The translations under genes were made by a program, and so were the position numbers. Source: Flavobacteriales bacterium (GTDB lineage Bacteria > Bacteroidota > Bacteroidia > Flavobacteriales_F > PHOS-HE28). Taken from it: a stretch of DNA of 64,000 bases. The stretch lies in NCBI GenBank assembly GCA_016704485.1, contig JADJAA010000002.1, forward strand, positions 239,591 to 303,590. Direction: 5' to 3'. The notes beneath the pieces were generated by a model. The model saw only the letters and a program-made list of their open reading frames with translations, ran no database searches and had not been told where the DNA came from. Below are positions 26,996 to 36,898 of this stretch, in pieces; position 1 is the stretch's first letter, and the number at the start of each line of letters is the position of its first letter.

Positions 26996-28167
26996 TTTCC
27001 TAGACCCAACCAAAGATTTATCTCCAAACTGGCGCCGATGAACGGACTACCGTAGATCGTGCTTTTCGTGGAACCATCGGACAGCGTGCTATCATGTTGC
27101 AACAATGCACCACCAGCATTCAGCCGTATCATGCGGAATATACGGTAGCCATAGGCCAAATAGAGTGGTCGCCCTACCAAAGGTCCGGTCACTGGTTCCC
27201 CGTATTCGTTCTCTGTATTCTGCAGGAATATTCCGGCGGAAATTGAGCTGTTACTAAGGACCTTGCAGGTCATGGACCTACGACCCAACGGAATGCTGAG
27301 ACCTAAGAACGGTGCTTGACCGATGGAAAGATCGCTTGACCCGCCGCTATTGTAGATAGCTCCATAACCAGCGTTAAGCGCAATGATATTCTTCACTTTT
27401 GCTGTGGGTACATCAGCCATGACGACCCGATCACGTAAGATCATCAACTCACGCGCTGCGTATGAACGTAATTCAGAATCGACCAAGGTCTTCAGTCCAT
27501 CTATTCTTTCCCGGGCGAATTCGATCTTACGATCACCTTTATCTTCTTCTTCGGATCCTTTGATGGAGAATTTGGACATGCTCAGACGTGTTGCATCCAT
27601 CTTGTCCAACTTATCCTCTATGATCTGGGAGAAACCGGCGAAAGGAAGTTGGAGCCGCGTCCGGTAGTTGCTCATTCCGTTCGTCACGAGCAGGTTCATC
27701 TCTTCCATCATTTGTCGCGTTGGTTTCAAGACCTTCGTCTTGTCACGTTTTATCTCGATGTTCTCATCCAAATAGGCACCGATCGCACTTGAAAGAGCAT
27801 CTGCTACAGCGGTAGCGGCATCTTCAGGTACTGGCTCGTAGAATCCAAGCACCACGGTATAGTCGCTGTTCCCGTTCAAAAGTTCATCGACGTTAATAAG
27901 GAAACGGTGATCACTGCTCCATTCCGACCGTTCCCAGCGACCTGTGTATAGCAAGCGCTTCATATCTACCCGATCGAAAAGCTGCAATTCAACTAATTGC
28001 AGACGATCGGCAACAGGCCCTGTCACCATCCATTTGGTCTCGGCGGGTAGGGGAAGACCTTCATTGAGCGCATTGCGCTCCGGGTCGAAAACAACAGACG
28101 CATGTTGCGCAGAAACAATTCCGCTAAGTCCAATAGCAGCAATAGATAGAAGTAATTTTAAGTCCAT
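26992..28167 (-). CDS. Hypothetical secreted/outer-membrane protein, translationally coupled to downstream OmpA-family gene
   Basis: Signal peptide MDLKLLLSIAAIGLSGIVSAQ. Its stop TGA overlaps the next gene's ATG as ATGA at 26992-26995. Confidence 0.6.
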   Translation of the reverse strand: MDLKLLLSIAAIGLSGIVSAQHASVVFDPERNALNEGLPLPAETKWMVTGPVADRLQLVELQLFDRVDMKRLLYTGRWERSEWSSDHRFLINVDELLNGNSDYTVVLGFYEPVPEDAATAVADALSSAIGAYLDENIEIKRDKTKVLKPTRQMMEEMNLLVTNGMSNYRTRLQLPFAGFSQIIEDKLDKMDATRLSMSKFSIKGSEEEDKGDRKIEFARERIDGLKTLVDSELRSYAARELMILRDRVVMADVPTAKVKNIIALNAGYGAIYNSGGSSDLSIGQAPFLGLSIPLGRRSMTCKVLSNSSISAGIFLQNTENEYGEPVTGPLVGRPLYLAYGYRIFRMIRLNAGGALLQHDSTLSDGSTKSTIYGSPFIGASLEINLWLGLGK

Positions 28168-28515
28168 ATGGTTCAAGGAATTTCACAAGTGTGTCCATTC
28201 CGCTCATGGTATCGGTAAGGCAGTTAGGCCAATGCACGAGATTACCTCGTCATGCAACGGTGCCTAACTACTACCGCTTTGTCCTAAGCGTGTTAGTAAT
28301 GTACGCATTATATAGCAAATTAAAAAATTGATCCGGAACAGGGAACCGAACTCACTTCGGTCCGGCAACGATCGATCCGACCAGTAGATCAGGCTTTGAT
28401 CGCTCTCTGCAAGTCATCTTCAGGAAGCGGGTCATGAAATTCGATCCTTGAATTTGAAAGGCGAGCTGGTGTTCTCTTACGCGGTGGAAATGATGTGTGT
28501 ACCCCAATATGTACT

Positions 28516-28562
28516 AGCTGAAAAAGCACAAGGCCCGATGCGATGAACATCGGGCCTTGTGC
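28516..28562 (-). terminator. Rho-independent terminator of prolyl oligopeptidase gene
   Basis: Perfect 15-bp stem gcacaaggcccgatg / catcgggccttgtgc with a 7-nt loop, 18 nt after the stop. Followed on the transcribed strand by CTTTTTC. Confidence 0.75.
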
Positions 28563-28581
28563 CTATGATCTTTGTCGGATG

Positions 28582-30762
28582 CTAATGTGTTCCAGTAGCT
28601 GAGAATTTCGGAGTTACTCCAATATTCTGGAAAAAGAACGCCCATTTATCGGCCTGTTCAGAAATGACCATGCTCGTTGGCTTACCGGCACCATGTCCTG
28701 CGTTGGTCTCAACGCGGATCAACACAGGAGCATTGCCTTCTTGTGCTGGCTGTAGTGTGCTGATGAATTTGAAGCTGTGCGCCGGTACCACACGGTCATC
28801 ATGATCTGCTGTCATCACCATCGTGGCAGGATAAGATGCAGGTTCAATATTATGCAGTGGGGAATACGCACGCAAATAGTCGAACTCCTCCTTACTGTTA
28901 TCTGCATTGCCATACTCCGGCGTCCATCCGAAGCCTGCAGTGAATTTCTGGAACCGTAGCATATCCATTACTCCAACTGCCGGGAATGCAACGCTGAATA
29001 ACTCGGGGCGCTGAGTGATCACAGCTCCAACGAGCAGGCCACCGTTGCTACCCCCTTCGATTGCCAATTTTTTGCTGCTCGTCCAATTGTTCTTGATCAA
29101 GTATTCCGCGGCGGCAATGAAGTCATCGAATACGTTCTGCTTTTTCTCTTTCATGCCTGCCTTATGCCAATCTTCACCATACTCGCCACCACCGCGCAAA
29201 TTGGCCAAAGCGAATACGCCTCCTTGTTCCAATAGGATCATGCGGCTTGTACTGAAACTTGGGCTCAAGCTAATGTTGAATCCACCATAGGCGTAAAGCA
29301 AAGCAGGGTTCTTTCCGTTCTTTTCCAGCCCTTTCTTATGGACGATGAACATTGGCACTTTAGTACCATCCAAACTCGTGTAGAATACTTGTTCGGTCAC
29401 GAATTGGTCCGGATCGAATTTAAGTTCAGGCCGGAAATACACTTCACTTTTACCTGTTGCATAATCATATTTGTAGGTCGTGCCAGGGTCGGTGAATGAA
29501 GTATAACTGTAGAACGAATAGGTGTCACCGCGCTTCCCACCGAAGCCTCCCGCAGTGCCTAGGCCGGGTAGCTCAATGACCGTCTCATTGGTGCCGTCCA
29601 TATCGTAGCGCATCACGCGTGTGGTCACATCCTTCAGGTAATGGGCGAACAGTTTACCGCCACCAATGCTCACACTTTCAAGCAGCATGTCCTTGGCTGG
29701 GATGATGTTCTTCCATGCCTCTTTTTCAGGATGTGAAGGATCCACACTGACGAGCCTGTAATTCGGTGCGTCCACATCCGTCATTACAAGAAGGTGCTTA
29801 CTCTTCGGATCAAAGTCGATGATGCTCGTCTTATGATCGAATCCCGTTTGCAAGGGTGTCCAAGGCGCGCCCGGCTTCGGTATGCCGCCACTGCGCAGGT
29901 CGAAGTAATACTGTTCAAATCCATCCGTTCCCGTGGAGATATATAATGTCGCGAACTCTTCGCCTTCAGTAACGCTCACTCCCATATATAGGAGTGGTTC
30001 TTCCTTGTCCTCATAGACCAGAACATCATTCTCTTGAGGCTGGCCCATGGTATGGTAGTAGACCTTTTGCCATTCATTCGATGCGCTTAGTTCGGTCCCT
30101 TTCGTAGGCTCTGGATAGCGGCTGTAGAAGAACCCGTTCTTGAACCACGCCACCCCACTGAATTTGGCCCATTTCAATACATCAGGCAGTTCTTTCATGG
30201 TCTTCAGGTCCCAAAGGATAATGTCCTGCCAATCACTTCCTGCCTTTTGCACACTAACCGCCATATACTTATCATCATTGCTGGCTCCCATCAGACCAAT
30301 ACTCGTGGTACCCTTTGTATCAATTTCATTCGGGTCGATGAAGACCTGATCCTCGCCATCGATCCCCTTCCTTACATAGATCACGCTTTGGTTCTGTAGA
30401 CCACTGTTGCGGTACTGAAAAAATAGGTCGCCCACCTTCGTCGGTGCACTCACTTTTGGAAAGTTGAACAGTTCTTCATAACGCTGCGCAATGGAATCGC
30501 GATAGGGGATCTTATCGAGATACGCATTGGTAACGGCATTCTGTGCCTTTACCCATTCCGCGGTCTCCTTGGATGTGTCGTTCTCCAACCAGCGATAGGG
30601 GTCGGCTACGAATGTTCCGTGCAAGGTGTCACCTGCCGCTGCATCAGCACGTGTAGTGGGGTAATCGAGATCTTTTTTCACGGGTACGGATGTGTCGCTC
30701 TGTTCACATGAGACAAAGCAAAGTGTGGATAGAGGAACTACTAGGAATGAAAGGTTGCGCAT
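28582..30762 (-). CDS. Prolyl oligopeptidase (S9A family)
   Basis: 726 aa. N-terminal beta-propeller region. C-terminal catalytic domain with nucleophile motif GGSNGGLLVG. Confidence 0.9.
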   Translation of the reverse strand: MRNLSFLVVPLSTLCFVSCEQSDTSVPVKKDLDYPTTRADAAAGDTLHGTFVADPYRWLENDTSKETAEWVKAQNAVTNAYLDKIPYRDSIAQRYEELFNFPKVSAPTKVGDLFFQYRNSGLQNQSVIYVRKGIDGEDQVFIDPNEIDTKGTTSIGLMGASNDDKYMAVSVQKAGSDWQDIILWDLKTMKELPDVLKWAKFSGVAWFKNGFFYSRYPEPTKGTELSASNEWQKVYYHTMGQPQENDVLVYEDKEEPLLYMGVSVTEGEEFATLYISTGTDGFEQYYFDLRSGGIPKPGAPWTPLQTGFDHKTSIIDFDPKSKHLLVMTDVDAPNYRLVSVDPSHPEKEAWKNIIPAKDMLLESVSIGGGKLFAHYLKDVTTRVMRYDMDGTNETVIELPGLGTAGGFGGKRGDTYSFYSYTSFTDPGTTYKYDYATGKSEVYFRPELKFDPDQFVTEQVFYTSLDGTKVPMFIVHKKGLEKNGKNPALLYAYGGFNISLSPSFSTSRMILLEQGGVFALANLRGGGEYGEDWHKAGMKEKKQNVFDDFIAAAEYLIKNNWTSSKKLAIEGGSNGGLLVGAVITQRPELFSVAFPAVGVMDMLRFQKFTAGFGWTPEYGNADNSKEEFDYLRAYSPLHNIEPASYPATMVMTADHDDRVVPAHSFKFISTLQPAQEGNAPVLIRVETNAGHGAGKPTSMVISEQADKWAFFFQNIGVTPKFSATGTH

Positions 30763-30845
30763 GTCAATTCAGGCCGGCCAATTAGCAGGTCGAGCGCAAA
30801 TGTAGAGCGTGTGGAGTTGGGTGCGGTTCCGGCTGTTCGGTACGA

Positions 30846-32162
30846 TCAAGCACGTTTCAACTTGACGATCGGCGTAGAGACTATTTCATACACTGTGCCT
30901 GGACCGCTAGCAAGTTCCACCGTAGCATCCAATTGCTCGGCCAACGTATGGATCAGTTCCATGCCCAAGGTTTCTGGACGGGACCAGCGGCTGCGATCAG
31001 GCAGACCTATGCCGTTGTCTCCGATGCGCAAGGAAATTCCTGTTAGCTGATCACCATAGATATGCACCATGATCACACCCTCCTTTCTATCCTTGAATGC
31101 ATATTTGAGCGAGTTCGAAATGATCTCGTTGATCATCAGCCCTAGTGGGATCAGCGTATCGACACTCAAAGTTGGGACTTCGATCTTAATGTCCAGATCA
31201 AGTTTCATATCGATCGTATAGGCGGCACAGATATCGCGGATCAATTGATCCAGGTAGCTGCTTACATCGATATTCGCTAAGTCCTTGCTTAAGTAAGTCT
31301 GTTCGTGTACCAGCGCCATAGCGCTAACGCGGTTCACGCATTCGTTGAACATTTCGTTCGTTCGTTCATCTTCTACCTGGTCCATTTGGAACCGGATCAG
31401 GCTCTTTACGATCTGCAGGTTGTTCTTCACGCGGTGATGGATCTCCTTTATCATTACCTCCTTCTCCTCTTTGCTCAACATGGTCTCGAGCAATTCCTTG
31501 TTCGTGCTTTCCAGATTTTGTTTTGCGGTGGCAAGTTGTTCCGAACGGGAACGGGCCTCTATCAATAATCGGTTGCTGATGCCCACCAACCAGGCGAAAA
31601 CAACTGCGAACAAACAAGCCGTTATCAAAAGAAATTGTGCTTCGTTCCAACGGGCGCTTAAAGTGCCTGTATGCCGACTGATACCCTGTTCATGGACACT
31701 ACGTGCAGTACGGTCCACCACTTTTTGTGCACGCTGTACCATGATCTGGAATACGGCTTCCGTCGCTCTTGCTTGGGTCACATCCATGCCTGGCTGCATG
31801 GCATCGCGATGAAGAGAGTCCGCCAAAGTGAGAACGGGGGTCAAAGAGCTGATCAATCGATCCATTCCGGGGGCATCCGAGTAAAGTTTTTGCGTCAGAA
31901 CTACGTTATCATTCAGAACTTTCAACTCATTGGCCCACTTGTACTGCCGCGACTCCACATCCACACGATGGACCAATCCTAATTGATGGATCGCGTCGTT
32001 CAGCTCGGTCAGCTCATCCAACAGCCGCACTTCATGTGCGATACGGGACTGAAGTTCGCGTGAACGGGACATCAATGAAATCCCATAAACGATGAATGCA
32101 ATGGATAACAAAGCAGCCACGAAGGGCCATTTGCGCCAGGAAAGGGATGAAGGTTTGAACAT
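30846..32162 (-). CDS. Sensor histidine kinase (HisKA_2/HWE-type)
   Basis: Start at the ATG at 32160-32162. Two TM segments around a periplasmic region. H-box IHHRVKNNLQIV. GHKL ATPase C-terminus. Confidence 0.75.
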   Translation of the reverse strand: MFKPSSLSWRKWPFVAALLSIAFIVYGISLMSRSRELQSRIAHEVRLLDELTELNDAIHQLGLVHRVDVESRQYKWANELKVLNDNVVLTQKLYSDAPGMDRLISSLTPVLTLADSLHRDAMQPGMDVTQARATEAVFQIMVQRAQKVVDRTARSVHEQGISRHTGTLSARWNEAQFLLITACLFAVVFAWLVGISNRLLIEARSRSEQLATAKQNLESTNKELLETMLSKEEKEVMIKEIHHRVKNNLQIVKSLIRFQMDQVEDERTNEMFNECVNRVSAMALVHEQTYLSKDLANIDVSSYLDQLIRDICAAYTIDMKLDLDIKIEVPTLSVDTLIPLGLMINEIISNSLKYAFKDRKEGVIMVHIYGDQLTGISLRIGDNGIGLPDRSRWSRPETLGMELIHTLAEQLDATVELASGPGTVYEIVSTPIVKLKRA

Positions 32163-32310
32163 GTTACCGACACCTTTCAACGGAAATAAGCGAAGGTTGG
32201 TTACGCAGCGATCACTCTGATCTCCACACCAGAAACGCGATGATGAGATGACTTGATGCCCTAGCGGGTTGTTCTAACGGTTCGCGACTTAGTAACGGAT
32301 CAACGGATGG

Positions 32311-32859
32311 CTATTCATTACCGACCCTGATCCGAGAGCAGAAATCCTGCATTACCTTGAGCACACGATCATTTGCGGACTCCTTGGCATTGCTGTATAG
32401 CTTCACTAAGTTGGAATGAGCCATCCGTATAGGAGGGTCGATGGGGGCCGTACTTATGGTAAGCAGGCCCAGATCGATCGCGGCGCGATTGGTGCCATGA
32501 TTTCCCTTATGGATGAATTCCGTAACAAGGACCGTGCATTCACCGGCATGCGTATTGATCAGGATCTTATATCCGATGACCCCCATACTTTCTTCTCTCA
32601 TACTAAGCTGATCGGACCTGAAGTTTACACGGGCTATGGCCTCGATGATGCCGGATTCACGATCGCTGCGGATCAATTGGGCACCCGGCTCTTTTCCGAA
32701 GGTCCATTTGTACGACTCCATCGCCTTGTCGAACAACTGAAGTGTATTCAGTGGAACGCTGACCGATCTGGTGACGGTCAATGCTACAGGAACATCCGTT
32801 GATATGGGCTGTGTGACACCAGTATAGGTGGACAATACGAATAGGAATATGGAAAGCAT
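32311..32859 (-). CDS. Hypothetical secreted protein (DUF4468-like)
   Basis: Start moved to the ATG giving signal peptide MLSIFLFVLSTYTGV. Function is not inferable. Confidence 0.45.
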   Translation of the reverse strand: MLSIFLFVLSTYTGVTQPISTDVPVALTVTRSVSVPLNTLQLFDKAMESYKWTFGKEPGAQLIRSDRESGIIEAIARVNFRSDQLSMREESMGVIGYKILINTHAGECTVLVTEFIHKGNHGTNRAAIDLGLLTISTAPIDPPIRMAHSNLVKLYSNAKESANDRVLKVMQDFCSRIRVGNE

Positions 32860-32936
32860 ACGGCTCACGTGGCGTAAGTTAAAGGGGATAAGCCCAAGTG
32901 GGAGGTTACCTTTGTAGTAAAATAACATAACATTAA

Positions 32937-33869
32937 ATGGAAAAGACCATTCAGGGCAGCCATTCTTTAAAGGTGGGTGTTTTCTATGACGGAAGCTATT
33001 ATACACATGTCAGCAACTACTATAACTATGTTCATCCTCATCATCGGCGTTTACATATCGGAGGGTTGCATGACTTTGTGAAACACATGGTGGCTGAGCG
33101 TGAAGGAACCAAACCGAATCTGTGCCATATTATTGATGCTCATTTTTTTCGAGGAAGGTTCAGTGCGCGCGATGCCAATGACAAACCCAACCAATTGTAC
33201 TACGATCGGGTCTTCGATGACGTTCTGATGTACAACAATGTGCAGAGTCATTATTTGCCGGTAAAGGACCAGCAAGGGCGTAAAAGGGAAAAGGGTGTTG
33301 ATGTGCTCATGGCCCTTGAGACGTACGAGCTGTGCATGTTGAAGCGCTATGATGTTGTCGTACTTGTAGCGTGCGATGGAGATCATGTTCCCTTGGTTCG
33401 CAAATTGCATGCCTTAGGTTGTAAGACCATGCTAATGGGCTGGGATTATGAATACACGGATCAGGAAACAGGAGAGCAACAGACCACGAAGACCAGCACA
33501 GACCTCTGGAATGAAGTGAGTTGGCCTTTGCCCATGCACGACCTGATCGAAGAAGGACTACAAAGCGATGATCCTGTAGTTCGGGAGATGTTCGTATTGC
33601 GAGAGACCATAGCGCGTGAGTTCGATGAGGAGTCTCAAGAACCCATGACCTTTGATCCTGAGGATCGCCGAACGAGTGATGTAATGAGCTTACATAGCGG
33701 ATATGGGTTCATCCGGTTCCCGGAGAATAATCTGTTCTTCATCCACGATGATCTGGTCAACGCTGAGTTCACGGATCTGCAGATAGGTGATCAAGTGGAA
33801 TTCTCCGTTGCCGTCAACAATCGCGGTCAGCGTGTGGCCAGAGAGGTCAAACGGATCGTGGAAGCGTGA
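32937..33869 (+). CDS. NYN-domain (LabA-like) protein with C-terminal cold-shock domain
   Basis: KVGVFYDGSYY, GVDVLMALETYEL and VVVLVACDGDHVPLVRKL form the NYN core. C-terminal GYGFIRFPENNLFFIHDD is a CSD RNP-like motif. Confidence 0.7.
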   Translation: MEKTIQGSHSLKVGVFYDGSYYTHVSNYYNYVHPHHRRLHIGGLHDFVKHMVAEREGTKPNLCHIIDAHFFRGRFSARDANDKPNQLYYDRVFDDVLMYNNVQSHYLPVKDQQGRKREKGVDVLMALETYELCMLKRYDVVVLVACDGDHVPLVRKLHALGCKTMLMGWDYEYTDQETGEQQTTKTSTDLWNEVSWPLPMHDLIEEGLQSDDPVVREMFVLRETIAREFDEESQEPMTFDPEDRRTSDVMSLHSGYGFIRFPENNLFFIHDDLVNAEFTDLQIGDQVEFSVAVNNRGQRVAREVKRIVEA

Positions 33870-33872
33870 GTA

Positions 33873-34247
33873 TTATCCAATATCCTTCTGTGCCAGCATT
33901 TCGAGCATCTCCTCCAACGAATCCGTATTGATAGGTTTTGTAAGGTAATCACACCCCTTCAACTTATGGATCGCTTCAATGATCTCCGGGCTGGTGCTCG
34001 CGGAAAGGAATAGGATAGGGATTGGATCTACGGCATGGATCTCCTGCGCTAGTTCCAAACCGGTCTTCGTCCCGCGTAAGTAAATGTCCATGAGGATGAT
34101 GTCCGGTCTATCCTTGGCCAAAAGATCCATAGCCTGTTCAAAACTCCGTGCGGTACCAAGAACATCAAAACCCAATCGCTGGAGTTGCATGCGATAGCCA
34201 AGGGAAATAATGGCCTCGTCCTCTACGATGATGATCTTCTTCTTCAT
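33873..34247 (-). CDS. Single-domain CheY-like response regulator
   Basis: Start at the ATG at 34245-34247 (MKKKIIIVEDE). Phospho-acceptor region ILMDIYL. TKPI near the C-terminus. Confidence 0.8.
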   Translation of the reverse strand: MKKKIIIVEDEAIISLGYRMQLQRLGFDVLGTARSFEQAMDLLAKDRPDIILMDIYLRGTKTGLELAQEIHAVDPIPILFLSASTSPEIIEAIHKLKGCDYLTKPINTDSLEEMLEMLAQKDIG

Positions 34248-34411
34248 GTATCCGGGAGGTGGAATTGCAGGATAACCGTGGTAAATATAGGTGACCATGG
34301 TGAAATGGCCTTGAATGGCCTCAGTTCTGCTCAATAAGCGGTATTCGGATCGGTTCATCGGAAAGTGGCTTACAATGAACCATTTGTTCGGTGCAGTGTA
34401 CGGGAGGTTGC

Positions 34412-35335
34412 ATGTTAGCTCAACTACGGTCTTTCGCTATGCTTTCACCTCTGCAATTCCTGCAGCGGGATGCACGCCATTTCCAGATCCTCTTTCTTGG
34501 CATCTTTTTGATCTACGGCACATTGGAGTTGCAGTGGGACACTGAATGGATCCGGTATTTCACCTTGATGGGAACCTGTCTTATCGTACAGACAGTATTT
34601 ATTGAATGGAAGGGTATGCCTTGGACGGCGTTGAAAAGTGCAGCAATTACCGGGCTTGGTCTCTGTTTGTTGTTCCATGCCACGAGCATTTCCACATTGG
34701 TTCTGGCAGCTTCAATTGCCATATCATCAAAGTTTCTTGTGCGTATTAAAGGCAAGCATGTTCTCAATCCTGCCAACATTGGGATCGTTGGTGCGCTTCT
34801 CCTTGCGGATGATGCTTGGGTCAGTCCTGGACAATGGGGCTCAGGTCCTGCGTTGGTTTTCCTGGTCGCTGCCGCAGGGTTGATGGTCCTACTTCGCGTA
34901 GGGCGCATTGACACTAGTGTCGCGTTCTTATTGACGTTCTCCTTGCTTGACCTGGGTAGAACAGTTCTTTACCTCGGTTGGGGCATGGATGTTTGGGCGC
35001 ATCGCCTGATGAATGGGTCATTATTGCTGTTCACATTCTTCATGATCACCGACCCCATGACCACTCCGAATGCGACGAAAGCGCGCATTGTCTGGAGCAT
35101 ATTGATCGCGGTCATCACGTTTGCAATCAGCACGTTTGCATACATACATACCGCTCCTGTATGGGCATTGGCCGTGTTATGTTCCATTACACCGATCCTT
35201 GACCTAGCCTTCAAAGGCGAGCGCTTCAGCTGGCTACCAGGAACGAACGATAACAGCAGCACTGGATCGACCGGAACCCATGGGAGGTCCGGCGTTCCGT
35301 CAATGACCTCCAGCATAATTCCGATCAAACCATAA
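34412..35335 (+). CDS. RnfD/NqrB-family membrane protein (orphan)
   Basis: HVLNPANIGIV and FFMITDPMTTP resemble conserved NPxNxG and FFIxTDPVT motifs of RnfD/NqrB subunits. Polytopic. The start is uncertain: the track uses GTG at 34391. Confidence 0.5.
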   Translation: MLAQLRSFAMLSPLQFLQRDARHFQILFLGIFLIYGTLELQWDTEWIRYFTLMGTCLIVQTVFIEWKGMPWTALKSAAITGLGLCLLFHATSISTLVLAASIAISSKFLVRIKGKHVLNPANIGIVGALLLADDAWVSPGQWGSGPALVFLVAAAGLMVLLRVGRIDTSVAFLLTFSLLDLGRTVLYLGWGMDVWAHRLMNGSLLLFTFFMITDPMTTPNATKARIVWSILIAVITFAISTFAYIHTAPVWALAVLCSITPILDLAFKGERFSWLPGTNDNSSTGSTGTHGRSGVPSMTSSIIPIKP

Positions 35336-35353
35336 CAGAACGACACCTACACA

Positions 35354-36832
35354 ATGAGAACGAACCGTTTGCTTGCCATTGCTGCCATTTGTGCGGCCGG
35401 CAGCGCCTCCGCTTTCTGCGGATTCTATGTGGCCAAGGCCGATGCCACGCTTTTCAACGATCGCAGCGAGGTCATCCTTGTCCGCGATGGTCAGCGCACG
35501 ATCATTACCATGAGCAACGATTTCAAAGGCAATGTGAAGGATTTCGCTATGGTGATCCCAGTGCCGACCATTCTACAACGAAACGATATCCGCATTGTGG
35601 AGCGCCGTGTTTTTGGTGCCTTGGATGCTTACAGTGCTCCACGGCTAGTGGAATATTGGGACGAAAATCCTTGCCAACGATGGGAGTATGCGGAGAACGA
35701 AATGTTGATGGATGTCATGCCGACCAAATCCACAGGAATGAGTAGGCTTTTCAAAGAAAAGGCGACCAAGGATTATGGAGTGACCATTGAAGCCCAATAC
35801 AGCGTTGGGGAGTATGACATTCTGATCCTTGGAGCGAAAGAAAGCAATGGCCTTGAACAATGGCTCTTGGATAATGGCTACAAGATCCCTACGACAGCCC
35901 ATGACGTACTGGATCCATACATCAAGAGCGGGTTGAAGTTCTTTGTGGTGAAGGTGGACCTTGAACGCATGCAGCAAAGCGGGTTCGAGTTTCTACGGCC
36001 GATCCAGGTCGCATTTGAAAGTGAGAAATTCATGTTGCCTATCCGATTGGGTATGGCCAATAGCAGTGGCGTGCAGGATATGATCGTTTATGCCTTTACG
36101 CGCACTGGTCGTGTAGAATGCGTGAACTACCGCACTGTGAAAGTTCCAAGCGATCGGAACATTCCCTTGTTCACCAAAGAGAAGTTCGGTCCATTCTACA
36201 AGGATCTTTTCGATCGCAACTGGAAGCAGGAAGGTAAGAATGCCATTGCCTTGGAGTATGCTTGGAACGTTACACCGAGCTGGGATGGAATGAAGTGCGA
36301 TCCGTGCGTTGGTCCACCTCCGATGCCCGCCGAATTTGCAGAGGCTGGCGTGGATTGGGCCTTACCACAAGGAGGTGGAGGCCAGGTTTTTTTCACGCGA
36401 TTACATGTGCGCTACGGTCGGGAGAAATTTCCACAGGATCTCTTTTTTCAAGTAACGCCGAACACCGAGAATTTTCAAGCACGTTACATACTTACGCATC
36501 CGGCTGAGGGAGATCTGAGCTGTTCCGCAGGTCAGGACTATCTGGAAACACTGTTCTACAAGCGCACCCGCGAAATGGATGAATTGTATGCGCTTACCGG
36601 GTGGGATCTGAGCAATGATCGTAAGTACATGGAAGAGGTAAAAGGAAAGATGAGTCCTGAACGACGCAACGGGTTGGAAATGCCTTACGCACCGGTTGAT
36701 GGACCAAATGATGACGGTGGGAACGATGGCGGAGGAAGTGGCATTCCGACTATGATCATGATATTAGGACTTGCAGCCTTGTTGATCGGTGTATTCATGC
36801 AACGATCCGCACGGGAGCCACAGATGAATTAG
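35354..36832 (+). CDS. DUF2330-like secreted protein with C-terminal TM anchor
   Basis: Signal peptide MRTNRLLAIAAICAAGSASA. C-terminal Gly-rich stretch then a hydrophobic helix (IPTMIMILGLAALLIGVF). Confidence 0.55.
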   Translation: MRTNRLLAIAAICAAGSASAFCGFYVAKADATLFNDRSEVILVRDGQRTIITMSNDFKGNVKDFAMVIPVPTILQRNDIRIVERRVFGALDAYSAPRLVEYWDENPCQRWEYAENEMLMDVMPTKSTGMSRLFKEKATKDYGVTIEAQYSVGEYDILILGAKESNGLEQWLLDNGYKIPTTAHDVLDPYIKSGLKFFVVKVDLERMQQSGFEFLRPIQVAFESEKFMLPIRLGMANSSGVQDMIVYAFTRTGRVECVNYRTVKVPSDRNIPLFTKEKFGPFYKDLFDRNWKQEGKNAIALEYAWNVTPSWDGMKCDPCVGPPPMPAEFAEAGVDWALPQGGGGQVFFTRLHVRYGREKFPQDLFFQVTPNTENFQARYILTHPAEGDLSCSAGQDYLETLFYKRTREMDELYALTGWDLSNDRKYMEEVKGKMSPERRNGLEMPYAPVDGPNDDGGNDGGGSGIPTMIMILGLAALLIGVFMQRSAREPQMN

Positions 36833-36898
36833 AGCGTAGGAGGGTACGATCAATGTGGCCGCACAGATCAAATTCTGATCCGTCCGGCCACATTTTTT

